From the NCBI GenBank assembly GCA_017628845.1, contig JAGBYI010000058.1:769-64768 (forward strand): DNA of 64,000 nt. The letters are read 5' to 3'. A program made the position numbers and the translations under genes. Shown here in pieces: positions 35,555 to 43,247 of this stretch. The notes under the pieces were generated by a model, which saw only the letters and a program-made list of their open reading frames with translations, made no database searches and was not told where the DNA came from. Every line of letters starts with the position of its first letter. The stretch's first letter is position 1. The DNA is from Bacteroidaceae bacterium. Lineage in GTDB: Bacteria > Bacteroidota > Bacteroidia > Bacteroidales > Bacteroidaceae.

Positions 35555-36337
35555 TCAGAACACGCTGTTCAGCAAGTGTGCCAGGCGCAGGCCACCGCGC
35601 AACAGCTGCTGCTCTATGACGGGGGTCCAGCGTGCCTGATAGTCGTAAGAAAGTTTGGAACCTTGCGGAGTGAGGCTGTACACCTCTGTAGCGATGGCAA
35701 AAGTCTCCTTTGCCCAGTCTTCCACGGTACCGCAGCATATTTCCCTGTTCTGCTTCTTGCTGAGCACGTCAATCTCCGTGGCCCATTCCTCGTAACTCCA
35801 TTTATGTCCTCCTTCCAGAACATCGGAGTCCCAGATGCCATGCAGGTTCTTCTCACGGCCAAAGAACTGCACCATCCATCTGTTTCCGCCCAGATCGGAC
35901 TTATGCCCCATGTGCATGGGCTGGTGCACATCGCCCACCAGATGTATGAGCATCTTCAGAGCCAGACGCTTGCTATCGGTGGAAGAGGCCTTGTCCTTCA
36001 GCGTCTGCATCTGCTTGTTTATGGCGGTAACGACATCGCCCTTGGGTTCCAGTTCGGCATCCTCGAACAAGACACCTGCATCTATGTTCTTGTAGTGCCA
36101 CGTCTTGGTGTAGGCATACTCCGGTGTGTGGCTGGCATTGTCCAGCCAATTGCTCCAGTACACCATGCTCTTGCCCTCGAGCAGGCGGGCTACTGCCTTG
36201 CGTGCCTTGCGGGTGAGATGGCGCTCTGCTATCTCGCATGTAACGTCGTGACCTTTCTGCCCCCACGCCAGGATTTCCTGAGTGGCAAAGGACAGGAGCA
36301 AAAGGGAAAACAAAAGTCTGTACACTAACTTCATCAT
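35555..36337 (-). CDS. S1/P1-family nuclease, secreted
   Basis: Signal peptide then the mature N-terminus WGQKGH. HLVGDVHQPMH and HGIWD zinc ligand motifs. Start taken at MMKLV. Confidence 0.85.
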   Translation of the reverse strand: MMKLVYRLLFSLLLLSFATQEILAWGQKGHDVTCEIAERHLTRKARKAVARLLEGKSMVYWSNWLDNASHTPEYAYTKTWHYKNIDAGVLFEDAELEPKGDVVTAINKQMQTLKDKASSTDSKRLALKMLIHLVGDVHQPMHMGHKSDLGGNRWMVQFFGREKNLHGIWDSDVLEGGHKWSYEEWATEIDVLSKKQNREICCGTVEDWAKETFAIATEVYSLTPQGSKLSYDYQARWTPVIEQQLLRGGLRLAHLLNSVF

Positions 36338-36381
36338 ATAATTTGATTGAAAACGAACACAAAAATACGACTTAACACCTC

Positions 36382-37926
36382 TCACTCTTCCACCAGCCAG
36401 CGGTCAAGGTTGCGGGTTTCGGCACTGAAGTTTACACCAATCTTATATAGCGTACGTGCGTCGCTGGCGAAAGGCAGGGCATATCCCTTGTCGTTGATCT
36501 GTTGCAGAGCCTCCTCGGCGGTGCCATTCAGTTTGAACTCCATCACATAGATGTAGTCAGGAGTCTGCAGGACAAGGTCTATGCGTCCGTTGTTGGTATG
36601 GTACTCCACCTGGGTGTAGAAACCAAGAAGCTTGAAGACGATATACAGAACATTGCTATAGTGCAACTCCTGCAGGCGTATCACCTCGTAGGTAGTATCG
36701 CTGAAGAACGAGCGCAGACGGGTGAAGAAACCGTCTATATCGCCACTCTCCACCTCTCTGACGAAATTCTGTATTTCAAAGGCTCCATTTACTTCACGCT
36801 TGGCGGTATAATGTGGAATGAGGAATTTGATAAATCCCTCTTCCACCTCCTTGTTGGGGTACCCCAATGTGTAGCTTTGGAAACGGGTATTAAAATCCTT
36901 GATAGTCAGATATCCACTTTGATAGATTACAGGTATGGCTTCGGTGTCGGTAGCATCCATACCGGAAAGGCTTTCTACGCCCACTATACAACCATTGACA
37001 TCATCCAGTTGATAGTCGTTCTTCTGAAGCAGTTCTACCAGGTAGGTCGGGGTTCCTGTCTCGAACCAGTAGCTGCCGAATTTCTTGTTGGCAAAAACAT
37101 TCAGCAAACTATACGGATTGTACAAACCACCGGTGTTGGGAGCAAAATGGTAACCATCGTAGTTTTGGCGAAGCAATTCGGCCATTTCTTCGTATGATGT
37201 ATTGTGCAGCTCTGCCATTCGGGCAATATCATCTCTGAAATATCTATGAAGTTCCGCTTCGGATATACCACATATCTCACTATACTGCTCCAACATGGAC
37301 AAATCACGCAAATGATTCAGGTCGCTGAACACACTCACCTTGCCAAACTTAGTCACACCAGTAATCATGGCAAACTTGATGCATTCGTCCATGCTCTTCA
37401 GTGCACCATAGACCGACTTCAAAGTAGCACGGTATTCATCCTGCAATGGCTTGTTGGATATGGCCTGCAACAGTGGCTTCTCGTACTCGTCCACTAAGAT
37501 CACCACACGCTCGCCAGTCTTTTCGTAGGCACGGCGGATTATTCCCTCAAAGCGCATGGGAAGGGTGGTCTCAGCGGGATCTGCGCCATAGAGGTCCTCC
37601 CAAATTTTGAACTCACGGTCCAGTTTCTTGTCAACGCTATCAAGGGAATCGTATTTCTCGGTATTCAAATCCAAGCGAAGCACAGGATGCACACGCCATT
37701 CTTGTTCCAATTGTTCCATGGCAAGTCCTTGGAACAGTTCGCGTTTACCCTCGAAATATGCTTTCAAGGTGGATATGAGCATGCTCTTACCGAAACGACG
37801 GGGACGACTCAGGAAATAGTAATTTCCTTCGTGCACAATTTTATGCACCAAAGCAGTCTTGTCAACGTAGACAAACCCCTGTGTACGTAGTTTCTCAAAG
37901 TGCTGTATTCCTATTGGATACTTCAT
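36382..37926 (-). CDS. AAA-ATPase-like (PF09820-type) protein with C-terminal PD-(D/E)XK (DUF1703) domain
   Basis: YPIGIQHFEKLRTQGFVYVDKT...FLSRPRRFGKSMLISTL N-terminus. C-terminal GRIDLVLQTPDYIYVMEFK nuclease-like motif. Confidence 0.8.
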   Translation of the reverse strand: MKYPIGIQHFEKLRTQGFVYVDKTALVHKIVHEGNYYFLSRPRRFGKSMLISTLKAYFEGKRELFQGLAMEQLEQEWRVHPVLRLDLNTEKYDSLDSVDKKLDREFKIWEDLYGADPAETTLPMRFEGIIRRAYEKTGERVVILVDEYEKPLLQAISNKPLQDEYRATLKSVYGALKSMDECIKFAMITGVTKFGKVSVFSDLNHLRDLSMLEQYSEICGISEAELHRYFRDDIARMAELHNTSYEEMAELLRQNYDGYHFAPNTGGLYNPYSLLNVFANKKFGSYWFETGTPTYLVELLQKNDYQLDDVNGCIVGVESLSGMDATDTEAIPVIYQSGYLTIKDFNTRFQSYTLGYPNKEVEEGFIKFLIPHYTAKREVNGAFEIQNFVREVESGDIDGFFTRLRSFFSDTTYEVIRLQELHYSNVLYIVFKLLGFYTQVEYHTNNGRIDLVLQTPDYIYVMEFKLNGTAEEALQQINDKGYALPFASDARTLYKIGVNFSAETRNLDRWLVEE

Positions 37927-38044
37927 AGCCAGAAGATTTATACTTTTCTCCTCGCAAATATACAACAATTCCCTGACACCACCAAAGGTACCAGGGAATT
38001 ATGCAGAAGGAACAATCTGTTCTCTGTTATGCTATTACGTAGAC

Positions 38045-38221
38045 TTACCAGCCCAGGTCCCACAGGTTGGGGGAACTGGGAGTGTTGTCCTCACGGCCAA
38101 GCTGTACACCATCTGTAGAAGTATCAACTTCGGTATTGTTAATTCCCATGCTTGCTGCCAGCATGCTGATGGCACCTACCTTTATTACCTCTACTGAGGG
38201 AGCGATATATGTCTTTTTCAT
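38045..38221 (-). CDS. unannotated 58-aa small ORF (below the ORF-track cutoff)
   Basis: Hand translation: MKKTYIAPSVEVIKVGAISMLAASMGINNTEVDTSTDGVQLGREDNTPSSPNLWDLGW. ATG start, TAA stop. Sits in an otherwise empty 490-bp gap, co-oriented with both neighbours. Confidence 0.35.
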   Translation of the reverse strand: MKKTYIAPSVEVIKVGAISMLAASMGINNTEVDTSTDGVQLGREDNTPSSPNLWDLGW

Positions 38222-38459
38222 TGTCAGCGTTTGTTTTGTGTTGTTCTTAATTCTGTTCTTTTTGTCCTTCCTGCCCCTGCCCTGTGCCTCACGGCAGGGA
38301 GCGAGGGGAGGTTTTGGGACTTGGAGTCCGTAGGGGACACCAATTTTACAAACTATAAATTAAAACAACGTTATAAATAAAACTATTACTTTATCACTTT
38401 AACTTCGTTCAAGTTGTTTACGTTCGGCATAATCAAAGTAAACTTTGCTTCTGCTCTCA

Positions 38460-40916
38460 CTAACGCACAACCTTTTTGCCGTTCACGATGAAGATACCCT
38501 TCTGAGCACCCTGAATACGGCGACCGGCGAGGTCATAAACCTCAGCGTTTTCCGTTTTCCCCTTTCCGTTTTCCGTTTCAGTGATGCCTGTCTCCATGTC
38601 ATCGCCGAAACTGAAGACGAGGAAGCGAGCGGCGCTTGGTGCAGCAGAGGCAGGGAGATAAGCTTTACCGGCGTTGTTCTTGAAGTGGGTAGTGCCGGCC
38701 TCACCGTTTTCATTCTTGTTGAGTTTTGCCTTGTAGAGACCAACACTCTCTACACCATCAGGAGCAGACAATACGTATGCGTCGCCTTGAACGTAGGTGT
38801 TGGTGAAAGAACCACTGAGTTTGTTATCTGTCCAAGCTTTGGCTTCAAAATATCTTTGGTCATCAGTTATATAGAACGTGTATGTGCCAGAATTACCCTT
38901 TATAATGACACCTTGATTTTCAAGTATATAATTAGATACGTCAACTGCTTGGGGAGATGTAATTAAGTTCAGTTCTACACAACCATCTTGAGGTGCGGAA
39001 GTGATTGTATAGATTTCCAAGTTTTCGCTATATGTAAAAGCGGTGAATGGAGAGTAAACTGTGGTATAGCCTGTAGTACCAATAGTAACCTGGTAGCTGC
39101 TAAATTCAGGGAAAGTGATAGTCTTTAGTGTCTCATCAGCCTCAGTACCTACGCCCAATGGCAAATCATAACGATCATTCGCAGGAACGGACAAGTAAAG
39201 CTTATTAGCACCATCGGTATAGGCAAACATTGAATTTGTAAAATCAAAGACTGTGCCCTCAGCGTTTAGTACTACAGGATAATCTTCGTTAGCACCACCA
39301 GGTTTAGCATAGATATATGTTTCTGTAGCGATATTTTTAATCTTGAAACCTATATTATTGCCTGCTACTGCAGGATAGATAGCCCACTGACCATAGCCTA
39401 ATTCGGGTTCCTCGTTTGAAGCAGTTACATGTACGTACCTATCTGCGCTACTGGGTAGTTTTTTTGCAACAAGAGTCTTCTTTACATCATTGGCAATGGC
39501 AATAACCAAGGGATTAATCTCTGTAGCAGAAGAAATTGTAAATGTTAAACCCTCTACATGTTTCTTTATTTCAAACAATGGGTATTCTGGAGAAAAATTA
39601 CCGCTCTCGTAGATAGCCCAACGAGTACCATCGTCCTGCCCGTCGTAGTTTGTATATACACCGTTATCAGCATTATTGGATAGATGGGTTAATGAACCAT
39701 TCAGTCGGATAACCAAATCATAAGCAGTACTCTGATTAGTTGCTGCACCCAGAGTAAGTGTATGTGATGGAGTATCGGACAAAGAGGCAGAATTACCGTC
39801 CTTGACAACAAACTTCTTCGCACCTACATTGTATAGATAGTAATTATCTCCATACTTTAGTATAGCAAAATGATGATAGGGATTTTCTTCTTCATAGGTC
39901 GTATTTGCTTTGTTTGTTCCCTTCAGTTCACCATTCTCTGTAGCATAGATAAAACCACGCGAGCCACACACCTTGTAAAAAGCATTGTTTGTGATGTTGT
40001 TCACATAGGCTGCTACCTTTGTTTCTACGTTGGAGGCATCGTAAGTTTTTGTCATGCAAAATGCCCAACGAGTACCTTCGTCCTGCTCGTCGTGGTTTGT
40101 ATATACACCGTTATCAGCATTATCGGATAGATGGGTTAATGAACCATTCAGTCGGATAACCCAATCATAATCTGTACTCTTATCAGTTGCTTCTTCCAGA
40201 GTAACTATATGTGATGGAGTGTCGGACAAAGAGGCAGAATTACCGTTCTTGACAACAAACTTCTTCGCACCTACATTGTATAGATAGTAATTATTTCCAT
40301 ACTTTATTATAGCAAAGTGATGATAGGGATTTGCTGCATTATAGGTCGCACTTGCTTTGTTTGTACCCTTCAGTTCACCATTCTCTGTGGCATAAATAAA
40401 ACCACGCGAGCCACATATCTTAAATGACCAGTTGTTGTCCCAATCGTCAAGAGTTGTGACGGGTGGTTCAATATTAATAAATCCCCAAGTATATCTATCA
40501 TTACCTGGATCTGCTGTCAGACTTCCTGCTTCTCTGGTATAGTCATTCTGATTATTGTATAAATAATGACCACCAACATTAATCAGATACTTGCCAGCAT
40601 TTCCATGAGAAGTAATTGTTACATTTGTCTTGGAACTAACCAAAGAGATATGTGTACCATTTTTGCCAATGTATTTTTGCGCATCTTTAAGTTTCAAAGA
40701 TGTGCCATCGTAATAGTAAACGCCAGCATTCGCTTTATTATTGCTGACATCTATACCGTCACCTTCTACAACACCAGTAAGCCAATGGTGAGTAGCATGA
40801 TCGCCTTTGATAATGTAGAACTTGCCTGCCTCTGGAGCGACAAACGTCTCTGTTTCCTGCGCCCATGCCCCGACCACTCCGAGGAGCATTATGAATAATA
40901 GTAAAAGTTTTCTCAT
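38460..40916 (-). CDS. T9SS-secreted multidomain protein (putative adhesin/lectin) with tandemly duplicated ~122-aa module
   Basis: 818 aa. Signal peptide. C-terminal sorting-domain-like tail (AEVYDLAGRRIQGAQKGIFIVNGKKVVR). Internal duplication of residues 165-286 and 314-436. Confidence 0.7.
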   Translation of the reverse strand: MRKLLLLFIMLLGVVGAWAQETETFVAPEAGKFYIIKGDHATHHWLTGVVEGDGIDVSNNKANAGVYYYDGTSLKLKDAQKYIGKNGTHISLVSSKTNVTITSHGNAGKYLINVGGHYLYNNQNDYTREAGSLTADPGNDRYTWGFINIEPPVTTLDDWDNNWSFKICGSRGFIYATENGELKGTNKASATYNAANPYHHFAIIKYGNNYYLYNVGAKKFVVKNGNSASLSDTPSHIVTLEEATDKSTDYDWVIRLNGSLTHLSDNADNGVYTNHDEQDEGTRWAFCMTKTYDASNVETKVAAYVNNITNNAFYKVCGSRGFIYATENGELKGTNKANTTYEEENPYHHFAILKYGDNYYLYNVGAKKFVVKDGNSASLSDTPSHTLTLGAATNQSTAYDLVIRLNGSLTHLSNNADNGVYTNYDGQDDGTRWAIYESGNFSPEYPLFEIKKHVEGLTFTISSATEINPLVIAIANDVKKTLVAKKLPSSADRYVHVTASNEEPELGYGQWAIYPAVAGNNIGFKIKNIATETYIYAKPGGANEDYPVVLNAEGTVFDFTNSMFAYTDGANKLYLSVPANDRYDLPLGVGTEADETLKTITFPEFSSYQVTIGTTGYTTVYSPFTAFTYSENLEIYTITSAPQDGCVELNLITSPQAVDVSNYILENQGVIIKGNSGTYTFYITDDQRYFEAKAWTDNKLSGSFTNTYVQGDAYVLSAPDGVESVGLYKAKLNKNENGEAGTTHFKNNAGKAYLPASAAPSAARFLVFSFGDDMETGITETENGKGKTENAEVYDLAGRRIQGAQKGIFIVNGKKVVR
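39609..40424 (-). repeat. tandem in-gene duplication (two ~370-nt units, highly similar at DNA level)
   Basis: Units 40059-40424 and 39609-39977 encode CGSRGFIYATENGELKGTNKA...NGSLTHLS.NADNGVYTN modules. Confidence 0.8.
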
Positions 40917-40978
40917 AGTTTAATGTTATTGATTTATTATTATTATTATCTATATCCTAAATTGAAGTGATATGCAAA

Positions 40979-41033
40979 CATGGTTCATCCCCTATAGTGG
41001 CGTGTTTCTCGCCACTATAGGGGATGAACCATG
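40979..41033. other. perfect 24-bp stem / 7-nt loop hairpin
   Basis: CATGGTTCATCCCCTATAGTGGCG-TGTTTCT-CGCCACTATAGGGGATGAACCATG, 63 nt upstream of the T9SS cargo start codon. Confidence 0.85.
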
Positions 41034-41074
41034 AGATAGGACGGGAACAAATCCCGTCTGAAATTAATAAATAT

Positions 41075-41105
41075 GCTTGCTTGCGTGCTTGCTTGCTTGC
41101 TTGCT
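41075..41105. repeat. tetranucleotide microsatellite (GCTT)n, about 8 units with one variant
   Basis: GCTTGCTTGCGTGCTTGCTTGCTTGCTTGCT read directly. Confidence 0.85.
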
Positions 41106-41206
41106 AACAAAATAATCCATACTGCCAAGGATATTGGCAGTTATTTTATTGGATATTTGATTGTTAGTCTGCATGCTTTATTGTACTTCTTTGCGTTTTA
41201 GCGGTG

Positions 41207-41242
41207 CAAAGTTACAAAAAAACTGTCACATACGCAAAGGTA
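41207..41242 (-). promoter_or_regulatory. two minus-strand -7 boxes (TAACTTTG, TACCTTTG) upstream of the T9SS cargo gene
   Basis: Exact TAnnTTTG matches at complement 41207-41214 and 41235-41242, about 290-320 nt upstream of the ATG at 40916. Confidence 0.4.
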
Positions 41243-41290
41243 ACTTCCCGAATGGAACTGCTTTTTATGTCTTCTGCCACAAAAAGGGTG

Positions 41291-42955
41291 TTATCTGCCC
41301 ACAAAACGCTTGGATGTCTCGCCCGTGGAGAGGTTCTTCAACACATAAATGCCCTTGGGCAGGGAGTGGAGAGCACTCTCGCTACAGGTCTGCACCAGAC
41401 GTCCGTCCATGCCGTAAACCTTGTAGAGAGCATCACCATGTATAGCATCACCCAGACAAGGAGCATGCACACCGGTGGAGGAACCGCCCATAAAGGAGAA
41501 GGAGATGGTCTGGGTGGCATTGTCAAATGCTATGTCCGTAATGGGCTTGTGCATCAGGTATGTGCCATCGCTATTGGCCGTGTGCAGACGTGCGGCAGGG
41601 GCAATGCGATCGCCCTGGGTGCGCTCCTCGTCGGTAAGGGCATTATTGCCCGCCAGTCCCCAATAGGCAAGAACGGACTCCTTATTCTTCAGTGGCCACA
41701 GATGGCCGCGAAGTTCGGAGATATACATGGACATATCATCCATGAGGTTATCGCACAACTCAAAATGTCCGTTGGCAGGTATGATGGTCATGCGCTGGCG
41801 ACTGGTGTTGGTATTTATTCTGTTGGAACTCCATGCCTGAGCGTCGTAATCCACATGATATATCATCATTCCGCTGCCCAAGGATGTGCAGAGGTTGCGG
41901 CTCCAGGGGTCGTTGACGGTACGGTTCTCCAGGATGTAGTATTCGTTGCGGTTGCCCTCGTTGTAGACGACATAGGCAGAACCGCCATCGCCAATGGCCT
42001 TCATATTTTCCACGGTGGTGGGTTCGGAAAGTTCCACTAAGGGCAGCCATCCCATGAAGTGACGTTCGTAGGCGGTGTAGGGTGTGGGATGGTATCCGTT
42101 GTTCCAGTATTCGCCATAGTCCATCAGGCTCCAATAGTCCATGCCGGGCGCCTTGTAGTTGAGGTCGTAAAAGTCGGGCAAGCCAAGCATGTGCGACATT
42201 TCGTGCACGAACACGCCAATGCCGTTCAGTTTGGCATTATCGCCCATACCAAGCAGTTCGGGCGAGATAAGTTCGGTGGCATAGGTGATTTCTTTTCTGG
42301 TAAGCGAGGTTGTCCAGCATGCAGGATGCATGCCGTTCTCGTCGCCCACGTTGGCACCGCAACCCGTGAAGACGATGATGACTCCATCCACCTTGCCGTC
42401 GTCGTTGGTATCCAGTTCCTCTACCCTATCGGCAATCTGAGAGGCAAGAGAATCGAGTGCCTCGTTGCGGAAGGTTGTACGTCGGCTGGCACCCTTGGAG
42501 TTTCCGTAATAGCTGCGATTCTGTGAAAGTGTAACGGGTTCGGTAATAACGAATTCTGGCGTGAAGAGATCGTTGCTCATAGCACGGAAGTAATCCGCCA
42601 CGGAATGCGTATTATCGCCTGCTCCAATGCCATTGCCATTGAAGAAGGTGTCAAACTCCTTCATCAAGGCCTCCTTGCCCTGGGCAACGGTGAACTTCAC
42701 ATCCGGAAACTGTGCCAGACAAACCACAATCTTGGGCGAACCTGTGGCACGCAAGCACGCATGCGACTGGTCTTGGGCTGTGCGGGTGTGAGGATGAGCC
42801 TCGGTTCCGTCCTCGTCCAGGATGCACAAGCGTCTTTGGAACTCCAGGGTAGGCATTCCATCCGTTTCAAACCCGGACATTTGGGCATAAGAAAATATAC
42901 TACAGAGCAAACCTGCCAAAACAAGTATCTTCTTTATCATATTCCTTTCTTTCAA
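41291..42955 (-). CDS. M6-family (InhA-like) metalloprotease with T9SS C-terminal sorting domain
   Basis: 554 aa. Signal peptide, VFVHEMSHMLGLPDFYD motif, C-terminal KGIYVLKNLSTGETSKRFVGR. Confidence 0.75.
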   Translation of the reverse strand: MKERNMIKKILVLAGLLCSIFSYAQMSGFETDGMPTLEFQRRLCILDEDGTEAHPHTRTAQDQSHACLRATGSPKIVVCLAQFPDVKFTVAQGKEALMKEFDTFFNGNGIGAGDNTHSVADYFRAMSNDLFTPEFVITEPVTLSQNRSYYGNSKGASRRTTFRNEALDSLASQIADRVEELDTNDDGKVDGVIIVFTGCGANVGDENGMHPACWTTSLTRKEITYATELISPELLGMGDNAKLNGIGVFVHEMSHMLGLPDFYDLNYKAPGMDYWSLMDYGEYWNNGYHPTPYTAYERHFMGWLPLVELSEPTTVENMKAIGDGGSAYVVYNEGNRNEYYILENRTVNDPWSRNLCTSLGSGMMIYHVDYDAQAWSSNRINTNTSRQRMTIIPANGHFELCDNLMDDMSMYISELRGHLWPLKNKESVLAYWGLAGNNALTDEERTQGDRIAPAARLHTANSDGTYLMHKPITDIAFDNATQTISFSFMGGSSTGVHAPCLGDAIHGDALYKVYGMDGRLVQTCSESALHSLPKGIYVLKNLSTGETSKRFVGR

Positions 42956-43074
42956 TATATATTATAAATAATGTATAGCATGAAAAATATGCCATAACGG
43001 CGACAAAGTTACGCTTTTTAGACCAAGCAGACAAAAAAAAGGGAGCAAAACTTCTGCATATCGAAAAAAAAGCA

Positions 43075-43082
43075 TACCTTTG
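43075..43082 (+). promoter_or_regulatory. -7 box TACCTTTG for tRNA-Ala
   Basis: Exact TAnnTTTG, 20 nt upstream of the tRNA 5' end. Confidence 0.5.
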
Positions 43083-43101
43083 CATCGCAATTCAGCCAAA
43101 C

Positions 43102-43175
<74 letters not shown>

Positions 43176-43182
43176 CAAACGA

Positions 43183-43219
43183 AGAGAGCAAATCATTGAT
43201 TTGCTCTCTCTTTGTTTTG
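43183..43219 (+). terminator. rho-independent terminator after tRNA-Ala
   Basis: Stem AGAGAGCAAATC/GATTTGCTCTCT followed by a T-rich tract. A second hairpin at 43220-43243 faces malQ. Confidence 0.65.
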
Positions 43220-43247
43220 TGGCAGGTTCATGAGAACCTGCCATGTA

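Noticed and set aside
39609-40424. Diversity-generating retroelement (template/variable repeat) explanation for the duplicated module in the T9SS protein
   Set aside because: No reverse transcriptase or accessory gene is in the window. Both copies are in frame within the same ORF, and the differences are not restricted to adenine positions as far as I can see. A plain tandem duplication is simpler.
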